Source of the DNA: Bacteroides uniformis
GTDB taxonomy: Bacteria > Bacillota_I > Bacilli_A > RFN20 > CAG-288
Direction of reading: 5' to 3'
DNA: 64,000 bases
NCBI GenBank assembly: GCA_963600815.1
Contig: CAVCCX010000001.1
Coordinates: forward strand, 39,001 to 103,000
Below, in pieces: positions 10,133 to 20,544 of the stretch. How positions within the stretch are numbered: the stretch's first letter is position 1; each line of letters starts with the position of its first letter. The notes under the pieces are model-generated. The model was not told where the DNA came from. It was given only the letters and a program-made list of their open reading frames with translations, and ran no database searches. The translations under genes were made by a program, and so were the position numbers.

Positions 10133-10894
10133 TCAGATATTTTCGAGCAATTCCTTGAAGGATTCGCTCTTGAGGCTCGCTCCGCCGACCAGGGCGCCAT
10201 CGACGTCCTCGGCCTGGAGATAGTCATGGATGTTGTTCGGCTTGACGCTTCCGCCATAGAGAATCTGGATTTTCTGGGAGGCGACCTTGCCGAAGAGTTC
10301 CGAGATCAGATCACGGATATAGGCACAGATGTCTTCAGCGATTTCCACCGAAGCATTCTTTCCCGTGCCGATGGACCAGACCGGTTCATAGGCCAAGACG
10401 ACATAGGGAATCTCATCCTTGGAAAGGTTCATCAGACCAGTGACGACCTGCTCGCGGATGACATCCTTGGTGATGCCGGAATCATATTCCTTGGCTGTTT
10501 CGCCGACGCAATAGATGACATGCATTTCCTTGGAAACAAGCGTGCGGATCTTGCGATTGCAGATGAAGGAAGTTTCTCCTTCATAGGTTCTTCTTTCGGA
10601 ATGACCGATGATGGCCCAATTGACATCGATCTCCTTGAGCATATCAGCGGAGACATTGGAGGTATAGGCTCCATGATCCATATAGTGGCAGTCCTGACTC
10701 GCAACGATGAGTCCGTGGGCATGCTTTTTGACGGCAGCAAGAGAAAGGTAGGTCGGTGCAACGCCCAACATGACGCCCTTGGATCGGGCTATTTTGACTA
10801 AGGAAGCGTCCTTGACATCCTCGCAGAACTGATTTGCCTCTGCGATGGTGTGGTTCATCTTCCAGTTGCCCATCAAAAACTTTTTTCTAGACAT
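10133..10894 (-). CDS. tpiA: Triosephosphate isomerase.
   Basis: MSRKKFLMGNWKMNHT...AYEPVWSIGTG..., 253 aa. Confidence 0.93.
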   Translation of the reverse strand: MSRKKFLMGNWKMNHTIAEANQFCEDVKDASLVKIARSKGVMLGVAPTYLSLAAVKKHAHGLIVASQDCHYMDHGAYTSNVSADMLKEIDVNWAIIGHSERRTYEGETSFICNRKIRTLVSKEMHVIYCVGETAKEYDSGITKDVIREQVVTGLMNLSKDEIPYVVLAYEPVWSIGTGKNASVEIAEDICAYIRDLISELFGKVASQKIQILYGGSVKPNNIHDYLQAEDVDGALVGGASLKSESFKELLENI

Positions 10895-10896
10895 AA

Positions 10897-12183
10897 TTAC
10901 TTGTCCTCGATGACATCGATGCCAGGGAGTTTTCCATCAAACTGAATGAGTTCCAAAGAGGCACCGCCGCCTGTGGAGACGTGGCTGAATTCCTTGGTGA
11001 AGCCGAATTTCTTGGCTGCAGCGGCAGAATCGCCACCGCCAATGACGGTGAAAGCACCATTCTTGGTCGCTTCCGCGCAAGCCTGGCAGATGGCCTTTGT
11101 GCCTTCCTGGAGGTCGGCATTCTCAAAGACGCCCATCGGGCCGTTCCAGAAAATGGTCTTGGCCTTCTTGATGTAGTCGATATAGAGGTTGATGGTCTTC
11201 GGGCCGATATCGGCACCTTCATATTCGCTCGGGAAGTCCGTGGAATTGCTATCGGCAAGAGTCTGGATATCTTCAGCCTTCAAAGAAAGATCATCGAAGT
11301 TCAGTCCCTTGGCAAGGACATTGTCGACAGGAAGAACGATTTTTCCTGTTTCATAGCACTTCTTGGCATAGTCGAGCTGATCATCCTCGCATAAGGACTT
11401 TCCGACATTGATGCCATAGAGAGCCTTCTTGAAGGTGTAGGACATGCCACCGCCGATCAGGATGTAATCGCACTTCTTGAGCAGGGAGTCGATGACTTCG
11501 ATCTTGGAGGAAACCTTGGCACCGCCCAAGATGGCGATATAAGGAAGTTCTTCCTTCTTCGGAGCAACGCATCTTCCCAGAGCGCTGATTTCCTTTTCCA
11601 TAAGGAAACCGACAGCCGTTTCCTTGCCGTCCTTCTTCATCTCATCCGGAATTCCGAATGTGGAGGCATGGGCTCTATGGGCAGAGCCGAAGGCATCCAT
11701 GACGAAGGCATCGCCAAGGCTGGCCCATTCTTTGGCCAAAGCGGCATCATTCTTTTCTTCACCGGCTTCATAGCGGGTGTTCTGCATGACAAGGACATCG
11801 CCATCCTTCAGGGAAGCGACAGCAGCCTTGAGAGCATCGCCATGGGTATCTTTGGAAAAAGAGACCTTGACATCTTTTCCAAGAGCTTCATCAAGATATT
11901 TCTTGAGCGGATCGATGACGATGGAGAGGTCATTCTTCTTCATCTGCTTTTCGATATCTTCCATTGTGGCTTCGCCCTTCTTGAGCTTCTTCCAGGCGAC
12001 TTTGCCCAAATGGGACATCAAAACGACTTTGGCGCCATTCTTCAGAAGTTCGACGATGGTCGGAATGGCTGCACGGATACGATTGTCGTCCGAAATGTCG
12101 GCGCCCTTGTGCGGAACGTTGAAATCGACACGGACAAGAACGGTTTTGCCGTTGACTTTCAAATCAGTAACTGTTTTTTTCAT
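10897..12183 (-). CDS. pgk: Phosphoglycerate kinase.
   Basis: VLVRVDFNVP...GGGASLELI... over 428 aa, 2 nt upstream of tpiA. Confidence 0.95.
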   Translation of the reverse strand: MKKTVTDLKVNGKTVLVRVDFNVPHKGADISDDNRIRAAIPTIVELLKNGAKVVLMSHLGKVAWKKLKKGEATMEDIEKQMKKNDLSIVIDPLKKYLDEALGKDVKVSFSKDTHGDALKAAVASLKDGDVLVMQNTRYEAGEEKNDAALAKEWASLGDAFVMDAFGSAHRAHASTFGIPDEMKKDGKETAVGFLMEKEISALGRCVAPKKEELPYIAILGGAKVSSKIEVIDSLLKKCDYILIGGGMSYTFKKALYGINVGKSLCEDDQLDYAKKCYETGKIVLPVDNVLAKGLNFDDLSLKAEDIQTLADSNSTDFPSEYEGADIGPKTINLYIDYIKKAKTIFWNGPMGVFENADLQEGTKAICQACAEATKNGAFTVIGGGDSAAAAKKFGFTKEFSHVSTGGGASLELIQFDGKLPGIDVIEDK

Positions 12184-12268
12184 GGTATGTATTCTCCTTA
12201 CTAATGAATTTTTTTAATAAATAAGGCGACAGGATAAACCTGCCGCCTTAGAAAATGCTTGTAAGAAA

Positions 12269-13294
12269 CTACTTGGAGAGGATTTCGCCGTAGAGCTTAG
12301 CAAGTCTCATCATCTGGCAGGTGAAGGAATATTCGTTATCATACCAAGAGGCAACTTTAACGAATGTGACATCGCCAGCTGGAATGAGCATGGTCAAGGT
12401 TGCATCGAAGATGGAGCCTTCGGTTCTTCCAAGGATATCAGAAGAGACAACTTCGTCTTCGGTATATCCTAAGATACCCTTCAATTCGCCTTCGCTGGCC
12501 TTCTTCATGGCAGCATTGATTTCTTCGACAGTGGCAGCCTTCTTCAAGAGAAGTGTGCAGTCGCAGATGGAACCATCGGTGACTGGAACACGGATAGCAT
12601 TGCCGTTGAGCTTGCCGTTGAGTTCAGGGATGACCTTGCCGACAGCCTTGGCAGCACCAGTGGTGGTTGGGACGATGTTGGCAGCGCCAGCACGGCCTCT
12701 TCTGAGGTTGTTGCCAGCCAAATCCAAGATTCTCTGATCATTGGTATAGGCATGGACAGTGGTCATGGTTCCGCCGACGACACCGAAGGTATCGTTGAGA
12801 ACTTTCATCATTGGGGATAAGCAGTTGGTTGTGCAGGAAGCACCAGAGATGATGGTCTGGGTCTTGTCGAGCTTATCGGTGTTGACACCATAAACATAGG
12901 TTGGAATATCTTTGGAAGAGGATGGAGCAGAGATGATGACGCCCTTGGCGCCATTTTCCATATGAACATCGCCATCTTCATGGGATTTCAGACGGCCAGT
13001 GCATTCCAAGACAACATCAACACCGAAATCCTTCCAGTGAAGATCGTGTGGATCCTTCTTGCCGAGAACAGGGATCTTGTGGCCATCGAAGATGAGGTTG
13101 TTTTCATCATCGGCGGAAATCTTGTCGGCATTCCAGGTTCTGTGGGTGGTGTCATACTTGAGCAAGTAGGCCAAAGTCTTTGCATCAACCAAATCGTTGA
13201 TGGCAACGACTTCGAAGCCGCCCATTTCATAGGCTCTTCTGAAAGCCAAACGACCAATACGTCCGAAGCCATTAATAGCTAATTTAATAGACAT
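12269..13294 (-). CDS. gap: Glyceraldehyde-3-phosphate dehydrogenase.
   Basis: INGFGRIGRLAFRRA...SCTTNCL..., 341 aa. Confidence 0.95.
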   Translation of the reverse strand: MSIKLAINGFGRIGRLAFRRAYEMGGFEVVAINDLVDAKTLAYLLKYDTTHRTWNADKISADDENNLIFDGHKIPVLGKKDPHDLHWKDFGVDVVLECTGRLKSHEDGDVHMENGAKGVIISAPSSSKDIPTYVYGVNTDKLDKTQTIISGASCTTNCLSPMMKVLNDTFGVVGGTMTTVHAYTNDQRILDLAGNNLRRGRAGAANIVPTTTGAAKAVGKVIPELNGKLNGNAIRVPVTDGSICDCTLLLKKAATVEEINAAMKKASEGELKGILGYTEDEVVSSDILGRTEGSIFDATLTMLIPAGDVTFVKVASWYDNEYSFTCQMMRLAKLYGEILSK

Positions 13295-13317
13295 TTTATT
13301 ATGTCCTCCTAGTACGC

Positions 13318-13352
13318 CACTATTATACTAACAAAAACGGAAAAATAAACCC
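13318..13352 (-). promoter_or_regulatory. Candidate gap promoter, -10 element only.
   Basis: TATAAT hexamer on the minus strand about 30 nt upstream of the gap ATG. The -35 is weak (GGTTTA-like). Confidence 0.3.
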
Positions 13353-13550
13353 TTTTTTATTATTTTTTCGATTTTTTTACTAGAAAAGCCATTTCTTGCA
13401 CTCTTTTAGCGTGTTTTTTGCGTGTTTTCGTCTTTCTGCGTGCGAAGTTGTCATCAAAAAAGCCTCATCTCGTCTAAAACTATCATTTTCAGCTTTCATT
13501 CATCGTATATCACGCGTTTCAGAGAAGAAAAGATGCTCAAAATACGCAAA

Positions 13551-14555
13551 TCAGGATTCTTTTGGTTTTTCAGCCTGTTCGCTTTCTTTTTCGATCGCCT
13601 CGGCCTGTGTGCGGATATTCCTCAAAATATGGACAACACCCGACTTCGTGATCGAGATATTGTCTGTCTCATTGATATATTCTGCCAGTTCACGGTAGTT
13701 GGCTTCGTTGAGTTTCCTTCTCGCTGAAATCACCGCCTTGGTCTTGTCATCAAGAAAATCAAAATTTCTTCTCGTCAGGAAAAGATCGATCGCATGAAGA
13801 TCCTTTTGGGAAGTCATGCGCGTCTTGTTGTAGTTGGCGGCATCGCAGATGTTGAGTCGGTTGATGGTATTGCTATCATCCTTCATCATTCTTGCATTCT
13901 CAAACTCGAACATGGATTCCGTCGCCCCGAGATAGGAAAGGAAGACAGCAATCTGATCCGATTTCTTCAGATAGAGGACATGTCTGTTCCTTCTTAATAT
14001 ATAGCGGAAATTCATCGTCTTCTCATCCTTGAAGGTATCGAGTTTATGGACGATGGCCAAGGCATCGTTCTTATCCGAGAATGCCATCTCCGCAAAATAG
14101 GACGTCTTGTTGGAATTCGGATTGTTGACCGATCCGTTTGCCAAGAAGCAGCCGATCAGAAGAAACTTCAGATTCTTCCTTCTGAGTCCCTCCTTCGGCG
14201 GGATGCGGAAATAGCCATCCTGAAGGATTTCGAGATCTTCCATCATATGGTTGATCTTCTCATCCTTGACACGGATGACATAGACAAGCCCTCGTCCAAA
14301 TCGGGTCACTTTCTCATATTGGATTTCCGGAGTGAGCGAATAGCATTCCTTCAGACACGCATAGATGAATTTGGCAATCAATCCATCTTCCGTATGGAGC
14401 TGGAGATCTGTCGTCTGACCAAAAAAACCACCTGAAATGATGCCCCCGTTTCTGACAAACCCAGAGAGAATATATTTCTTCTCTTCGGTCGTGTAGGTAT
14501 TGGTGGTCAGTTCTTCCTTGATCTGCCTTGCAAAGGACAATGTCTTCTCAACCAT
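13551..14555 (-). CDS. whiA: DNA-binding protein WhiA.
   Basis: 334 aa. The N-terminal half carries a LAGLIDADG-like degenerate homing-endonuclease repeat (LIGCFLANGSVNNP). The C-terminal HTH (ISARRKLNEANYRELAEYINETDNISITKSGVVHILRNI) matches the WhiA domain order. CggR, the alternative, has an N-terminal HTH instead. Confidence 0.65.
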   Translation of the reverse strand: MVEKTLSFARQIKEELTTNTYTTEEKKYILSGFVRNGGIISGGFFGQTTDLQLHTEDGLIAKFIYACLKECYSLTPEIQYEKVTRFGRGLVYVIRVKDEKINHMMEDLEILQDGYFRIPPKEGLRRKNLKFLLIGCFLANGSVNNPNSNKTSYFAEMAFSDKNDALAIVHKLDTFKDEKTMNFRYILRRNRHVLYLKKSDQIAVFLSYLGATESMFEFENARMMKDDSNTINRLNICDAANYNKTRMTSQKDLHAIDLFLTRRNFDFLDDKTKAVISARRKLNEANYRELAEYINETDNISITKSGVVHILRNIRTQAEAIEKESEQAEKPKES

Positions 14556-14556
14556 A

Positions 14557-15480
14557 TCATCCCCTCTGGCTCTTCAGATGGATCATGCTGGCCGCAAGGG
14601 CTCCATCTCCAACGGCGGTGGAAACCTGACGAAGAGGTGTATTCCTGCAATCGCCGATGGCAAAAAGATTTTGGATATTCGTCTCCAGTGAGGAATCCGT
14701 CTTGATATATCCGTTTTCACTTTCCAGCATCGGAAGGTCGACAAAACCCGTCGATGGGATTTCACCGACATAGAGGAAAAGTCCCTGGATGGATAAGTCG
14801 ACTTTCTCCATGCTTTCCTTATTCTGTATCTGCAATACGGAGATGGAATCCTTCCCGTCACAGGAGAGGACATCATAGGGTGCATAAAGAGACGTGTTCT
14901 TCTGACCCTTGAATTTCTCCACGACGCTTTCCTGGGCACGGAAGACATTTCTTCTGGCAATCAGGGAAACATGATGGCAGATATTCGAAAGATAGATAGC
15001 TTCCTCAAAGGCCGCATTTCCTCCGCCAATCACTGCGACATCCTTTCCCTTATAGAATGGACCATCGCAGATGGCACAGCGTGAGATTCCTTTTTTCTGA
15101 AATTTTTCTTCCCCGGGAATCACAAAAGGCTTCTCAGCCAAGCCGTTTGCCAAAATGACGTAGCGGAAATCGGAAGAAAAATGCTTTCCATATTCGATAT
15201 GGAATGTCGAATCCTCATTCAGGGAAAGTTTTTTCACTTCCTTATAGATCGGCTGGATATCGAAAGAAGAAAGCTGTTCCTCAAGAAGGTTTCCAAAAAC
15301 AGGTCCCTGGATTTCTTTCACTCCGGGATAATTCTCGATTTTTTCTGTCTTATTCACTTTTCCGCCGATCAGTTCCTTTTCGAAACAGACTGGCTTCATG
15401 CCATAGCGTTTCAGATAAATCGCAGCACTCACCCCACCAGGGCCCATGCCGATGATTGCCACTTCCTTCTCATCCATCAT
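14557..15480 (-). CDS. trxB: Thioredoxin-disulfide reductase.
   Basis: VAIIGMGPGGVSAAIY (FAD GxGxxG), redox-active CAICDG, a second GGGNAA NADPH site, 307 aa. Confidence 0.85.
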   Translation of the reverse strand: MMDEKEVAIIGMGPGGVSAAIYLKRYGMKPVCFEKELIGGKVNKTEKIENYPGVKEIQGPVFGNLLEEQLSSFDIQPIYKEVKKLSLNEDSTFHIEYGKHFSSDFRYVILANGLAEKPFVIPGEEKFQKKGISRCAICDGPFYKGKDVAVIGGGNAAFEEAIYLSNICHHVSLIARRNVFRAQESVVEKFKGQKNTSLYAPYDVLSCDGKDSISVLQIQNKESMEKVDLSIQGLFLYVGEIPSTGFVDLPMLESENGYIKTDSSLETNIQNLFAIGDCRNTPLRQVSTAVGDGALAASMIHLKSQRG

Positions 15481-15492
15481 AAGAGCCTCCCC

Positions 15493-16536
15493 TTATCTTC
15501 GAATCTCTTTTTCCATCTGCTGCAGTTTTTCCAAATCGGAGACATCGTCTTCCTTCTTTTCTTCCGTCATCTCTTCTTTTTTGACTTCGACGACACAAAG
15601 ATCCTGCAGATAGAGATTCTTGATGAACGGATACTTCTCGAACTTGTTTTTCCTCGAAAGGTGATAGAGGATATGATTGCCGACAATCAAAAGGACACCG
15701 ACAACGATGAAAGCAATCGCCATGAAGAAGGACTTGTAGTTGGAATGGGACGAAGTCACATTCTCCGTTCCCATGATGAAGGCTGGGTTTCTTAAGGGTT
15801 CAAGGACAGCACGGATGATGCCATAAGCGATAAAATAGCCAAAGGCCTGATCACCATTGACATATCGATCTCTTTCGATGGCCGGAATTCCCTGGGTCAG
15901 AATGAAATAGAAAAGAATATTCACGACCCCTTCGACAAGGAAAAGCGGGGCGGCAACGCTTCCAGAAGGAAGCTTCACGCCTGAGAGCATGCTCGATGTT
16001 CCATTCTGCATATTGTTCATGATGAAGGAAGGGAGGAAATTCCAGGCTTCCGGCGAGACAGCATGGCCAAAGACTTCCTGATTGAAGAAATTTCCCCAGC
16101 GGCCAAACATCTGGGCGACAAAAATCGTCGGGACGGCAAAGTCCATCGCCTGGAGAATCGAAACGCCTTTTCTTCTGAAGAAGACGACCAGGACTCCGGA
16201 AAGGACACCCAATATGACGCCACCCTGTATGGCAAGTCCGCCATTCCACATGGCAAACATATTTCCAAAGCCAGCCCAGAAGCCACGGTTCTGGAACACA
16301 GGGAGGAATTCTGCCTTGAAGGAGGCAATCACATACCAGATTCTCGCTCCGACGATGCCAAGCGGAAACGCCACAAGAAAAACGGTATCGAAGAAATTCC
16401 AGTTATAGCCGGCCTTTCTGGCACGGTAATTTGATAAAAAGAAAGCGACGCCTGCTCCAAAAAGAATGAACAAGGCATAAAATCGCACAATCGGATTCGA
16501 AGTCGGGAATCCATTGACATAGGCTAGTGAATTCAT
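15493..16536 (-). CDS. lgt: Prolipoprotein diacylglyceryl transferase with a charged C-terminal extension of about 70 aa.
   Basis: Polytopic. An Lgt-signature region MFAMWNGGLAIQGGVILG is present. The tail KKEEMTEEKKEDDVSDLEKLQQMEKEIRR lies beyond the usual Lgt length. Confidence 0.8.
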   Translation of the reverse strand: MNSLAYVNGFPTSNPIVRFYALFILFGAGVAFFLSNYRARKAGYNWNFFDTVFLVAFPLGIVGARIWYVIASFKAEFLPVFQNRGFWAGFGNMFAMWNGGLAIQGGVILGVLSGVLVVFFRRKGVSILQAMDFAVPTIFVAQMFGRWGNFFNQEVFGHAVSPEAWNFLPSFIMNNMQNGTSSMLSGVKLPSGSVAAPLFLVEGVVNILFYFILTQGIPAIERDRYVNGDQAFGYFIAYGIIRAVLEPLRNPAFIMGTENVTSSHSNYKSFFMAIAFIVVGVLLIVGNHILYHLSRKNKFEKYPFIKNLYLQDLCVVEVKKEEMTEEKKEDDVSDLEKLQQMEKEIRR

Positions 16537-17598
16537 TTAGTCTTCCTTCTCTGGTGTGACAACATTCGTCTCTTTCTTCGGATAGGGTTCTGATTTGAGC
16601 TGGACATTTGATTCGTTCATGGCAGCTAAGGCATTCAAGACTGAGGCATTGATCGAATTCTGTCTTCTGGCTCTCTGATGCAGTTCGCTCAATCGCTTCT
16701 GGAATTCATAGCCGGTGTCATAGCCGAAATCCTTCAGTTTGAAGTTCGTGACGGCGGTCTCTACAATCTCCGACATGCTTCTTGCTGCCGAGACAGGGAG
16801 TTTGATCAGAGGAACGGTCTCACCGAGAATCTCATACTGATCCGTCTTCATGCCGATTCTTTCCAGCGGCTCTTCCTTCTTGAACGGCACAAGATGGATG
16901 ACAAGACGGATGCGGCTTTTATCAGCAAGGGAATTGACGCCAAACATTCTTTCGACATTGATGATGCCGATACCGCGGACTTCCATCATGCCGGAAATGC
17001 TCTCTGGGCAGCTTCCAATCAGGCTTCCGCGCACATTGGAAATATCGACGCGATCATCGGCAATCAATCGATGTCCTTTTCGGATCAGATCGAGAGAAAT
17101 TTCACTTTTTCCGATGCCGGATTCTCCCAAAAGGAGAACGCCGATACCATAGATTTCCATCAAGACGGCATGAAGGGCTGTCTTCGGAGCCAAGACTTCG
17201 GAAAGATAGACATACATATCCGAAGAGAGGGTCGAAGTATCCTGTCCAGAAGAGAATAAAGGCGCATTCATCTTCTTTGCGGCGCGCAAGACCGGTTCCG
17301 GACACTGATTTCCTTGGGTGATGATGCAGCATGGGCATTCCGGATCGAAGATTTTCAGACAGTTGTGATAGACAAATTCGGGATCCGAATCGTTGATGAG
17401 GGCAACTTCCTTGTTGCCGATCAGCATGATGCGATCTTTTTCATGGAAATGGAAAATACCGAGCAGTTCCACGCCTGGACGGTCCAATTTCGCATATTTG
17501 ACCGGACGGTGCAAAGCCTGCAAGTCTCCGTTGATGACATTGAAGCCGAAATGATTGGCTAATTCTAAATTTGTGAGCATATGAAAATCCTCGTTCAA
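16537..17598 (-). CDS. hprK: HPr kinase/phosphorylase.
   Basis: Walker A GESGIGKSE and IADDRVDI, with the conserved hprK-lgt adjacency. 353 aa, with a C-terminal extension of about 40 aa. Confidence 0.9.
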   Translation of the reverse strand: MNEDFHMLTNLELANHFGFNVINGDLQALHRPVKYAKLDRPGVELLGIFHFHEKDRIMLIGNKEVALINDSDPEFVYHNCLKIFDPECPCCIITQGNQCPEPVLRAAKKMNAPLFSSGQDTSTLSSDMYVYLSEVLAPKTALHAVLMEIYGIGVLLLGESGIGKSEISLDLIRKGHRLIADDRVDISNVRGSLIGSCPESISGMMEVRGIGIINVERMFGVNSLADKSRIRLVIHLVPFKKEEPLERIGMKTDQYEILGETVPLIKLPVSAARSMSEIVETAVTNFKLKDFGYDTGYEFQKRLSELHQRARRQNSINASVLNALAAMNESNVQLKSEPYPKKETNVVTPEKED

Positions 17599-17673
17599 CC
17601 ATGAACATTATAACAAATCAACATTTATTTTTTACCCCAAATGACGGGGAATCCCATACAAAATACGTCAGAA

Positions 17674-20514
17674 TCACTTCTTGGAGTACTTTTCTTTTTC
17701 AAGTTCTCTCTTCAGATAGTACCCGGTATAGGACTTCTCACAATGAAGAAGATCATCGACGCTTCCCTCAAAGACAAGATTTCCGCCTTTGTCGCCACCT
17801 TCCGGACCTAAGTCGATCACATAATCCGCGCACTTGATGACATCGAGATTGTGCTCGATGACAACGACGGTATTTCCGCTATCGACCAAACGGTCGAGGA
17901 CAGCAATCAATTTATCGATGTCATAGGGATGAAGTCCCGTGGTCGGCTCATCGAGGATATAAAGCGTCCGGCCATCGCTTTTTCTTTCCAGCTCATAGGC
18001 CAATTTCACTCTCTGTGCCTCTCCGCCGGAGATGGTCGTCGAGGACTGGCCAAGCTTCATATAGCCAAGTCCGACATCGACAAGCGTTTCGAGTTTCTTC
18101 TTGATGGAAGGAATCGCCGAGAAGAATTCCAGTGCATCCTCTGCACGCATATCCAGGACATCGGCGATGGATTTTCCTTTATATTGAACAGCCAGAATAT
18201 CATCCGAATATCTCTTTCCATGACAAACATCGCATTCGACATAGACATCCGGGAGAAAATTCATCGAAATGCGTCTTACACCATCGCCCTGACAGGCTTC
18301 GCAGCGTCCGCCCTTCATGTTGAAGGAGAACATGGACTTATCCATGCCCTTGATTCTGGCTTCCTTCGTCGAGGCAAACAGTTCACGGATATCGTCAAAG
18401 ACTTTGATATACGTTGCCGGGTTGCTTCTTGGCGTTCGTCCAATCGGTTCTTGGGAAACATTGATGACTTTCGAAATCAAATTAACGTTCTCAACACTCT
18501 CGCATTCGCCTTTTTCCGTCTTGAATCCCAGTTCGCTTTTCACCGTCTTGTATAGACAGTCATCGATCAGGGAAGATTTTCCGCTTCCCGAGACACCCGT
18601 GACACAGGTGAAGCAGCCAAACGGAATATGGACATCGATGTTCTTCAGGTTGTGGCAGTGTGCATGATGAATGGTCAAAGTCTTGGTGTAGTTTCGATGG
18701 AGGGCAGGCTTGGCAATCATCTTTCGTCCGGAAAGATAGTCCGCCGTGAGGGAATTCTCATCCCTCATCAATTCCTCTGGCTTTCCAGCAAACACGACGT
18801 TTCCGCCATGTTCGCCAGCCCCTCTTCCGATATCGATCACATAGTCGGCAGCCAGGATCGTATCCTCATCGTGTTCGACCACGATGAGGGAATTTCCCAG
18901 ATCCCGCATCTCCTTCAGGGTATTAATCAGTTTATCATTGTCTCTTTGATGAAGACCGATGGAGGGTTCATCCAAGACATAGAGAACACCCGTCAGCTTC
19001 GACCCGATCTGGGTGGCAAGGCGGATACGCTGGGATTCGCCGCCGGACAGTGTGCTTGCCTGACGAGAAAGGGTGAGGTAGTCCAATCCGACATCGATCA
19101 GGAACTTCAGTCGGTTCTTGATTTCATTGATGATGAGATCGGCGATCTGATGCTGGGTCGGGGTCAATTGAAGATTCACAAAAAAGTCATAGATATTTGC
19201 CAATGACTTGTTGCACAATTCGTCGATGTTCAGTCCTCCGACCAAAACGGAGAGGACCATCTTATTAAGTCTTGCACCATGGCAGGTCGAACATTCATGT
19301 TCGGCCATGAAGGAACCATACCACTGCTTCATCCATTCGGATTTCGTCGTATTGTAGAGTCGGTCGATTCTTCCCTTGAGGCCTTCACTCACATATTTGT
19401 TGATCTTGGAGCCATTGGAAGATTCATAGACATAATGAACCGGTTCCGGCGGTCCATAGATGATGATGTCTTTCTGTCTCTGAGAGAGCTTATTGAATGG
19501 AGTCGTCGTCGAAATCTTGTATTTGTCCAAGACAGCATAGAAATCATTCCATTCGATGGTATCGTGATTGTTTTTCGGAAGACAGGCCAAAGCCCCATCA
19601 TCGATGGATTTCGATGGGTCGGCAATCATGAGATTCGGATCAGCTTCGATATTCACACCTAAGCCGTGGCAATCCGGACAGCATCCCAAAGGATTGTTGA
19701 ACGAAAAGAGTCGCGGCTCCAAAGGCGGAACACTGAACCCGCAGATGGGGCAGGACTGATGTTCGCTATACAGTGTCTCTTTTCCGTTGACGTCGATCAA
19801 GACATAACCCTTGGCAAAATCCAGGGCGGTTCTCAAAGAGTCGAAAAGTCGGCTCTTATTTTCTTCAGATAAGATGATTCGATCGATGGCAAAGGAAATG
19901 GTATGCTTGAGATTCTTGTCGAGAACCGGAACAGAATCATATCTCTTCAAGGGCTGATCATCGATCTTCGCTCTGGAAAAACCGGCCGCAAAGAATTTCT
20001 CCATCGTGGCGGCATGCGTTCCCTTTTCGTTCTGGACAATCGGAGCATAGATGGTCACCTTGCTCGAAAGAGCGTTCTCATAGACGGCATTGAAGATCTG
20101 CTGCAGGGAGGTTGCCTGAATCGGAACATGATGCTCCGGGCAATAGCTCACGCCGATTCTCGAATAGAGAAGTCGAAGATAATCATAGATTTCCGTCACC
20201 GTTCCGACCGTAGAACGGGGATTGTGGCTCGTCGTCTTCTGGTCGATGGAAATCGCTGGGGCAAGTCCGTCGATGGAATCGACATCCGGCTTGGAAAAAT
20301 CACCCAAGAACATTCTTGCATACGAAGAGAGCGATTCGACATAGCGTCTTTGCCCTTCGGCAAAGATGGTATCGAAAGCAAGCGTCGATTTTCCGCTTCC
20401 GGAGACACCGGAAAAGACAACCAGCGCATTCTTCGGGATGGTGACATCTACGTTCTTCAGGTTGTTTTCCCTTGCACCCTTGACGACAATATAGTCCTTA
20501 TAATTTTCATTCAT
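17674..20514 (-). CDS. uvrA: Excinuclease ABC subunit A.
   Basis: 946 aa, two ABC cassettes (GVSGSGKST twice), zinc-finger cysteines. Confidence 0.95.
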   Translation of the reverse strand: MNENYKDYIVVKGARENNLKNVDVTIPKNALVVFSGVSGSGKSTLAFDTIFAEGQRRYVESLSSYARMFLGDFSKPDVDSIDGLAPAISIDQKTTSHNPRSTVGTVTEIYDYLRLLYSRIGVSYCPEHHVPIQATSLQQIFNAVYENALSSKVTIYAPIVQNEKGTHAATMEKFFAAGFSRAKIDDQPLKRYDSVPVLDKNLKHTISFAIDRIILSEENKSRLFDSLRTALDFAKGYVLIDVNGKETLYSEHQSCPICGFSVPPLEPRLFSFNNPLGCCPDCHGLGVNIEADPNLMIADPSKSIDDGALACLPKNNHDTIEWNDFYAVLDKYKISTTTPFNKLSQRQKDIIIYGPPEPVHYVYESSNGSKINKYVSEGLKGRIDRLYNTTKSEWMKQWYGSFMAEHECSTCHGARLNKMVLSVLVGGLNIDELCNKSLANIYDFFVNLQLTPTQHQIADLIINEIKNRLKFLIDVGLDYLTLSRQASTLSGGESQRIRLATQIGSKLTGVLYVLDEPSIGLHQRDNDKLINTLKEMRDLGNSLIVVEHDEDTILAADYVIDIGRGAGEHGGNVVFAGKPEELMRDENSLTADYLSGRKMIAKPALHRNYTKTLTIHHAHCHNLKNIDVHIPFGCFTCVTGVSGSGKSSLIDDCLYKTVKSELGFKTEKGECESVENVNLISKVINVSQEPIGRTPRSNPATYIKVFDDIRELFASTKEARIKGMDKSMFSFNMKGGRCEACQGDGVRRISMNFLPDVYVECDVCHGKRYSDDILAVQYKGKSIADVLDMRAEDALEFFSAIPSIKKKLETLVDVGLGYMKLGQSSTTISGGEAQRVKLAYELERKSDGRTLYILDEPTTGLHPYDIDKLIAVLDRLVDSGNTVVVIEHNLDVIKCADYVIDLGPEGGDKGGNLVFEGSVDDLLHCEKSYTGYYLKRELEKEKYSKK

Positions 20515-20544
20515 ACCTATTCCCTCGACATAAAAAAGAAGAAA

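Noticed and set aside
13551-14555. Possible CggR (central glycolytic gene repressor) because the gene sits immediately upstream of gap-pgk-tpiA.
   Set aside because: The domain order is wrong for CggR, which has an N-terminal HTH and a sugar-binding C-terminus. The protein has a LAGLIDADG-like N-terminal region and a C-terminal HTH, matching WhiA.
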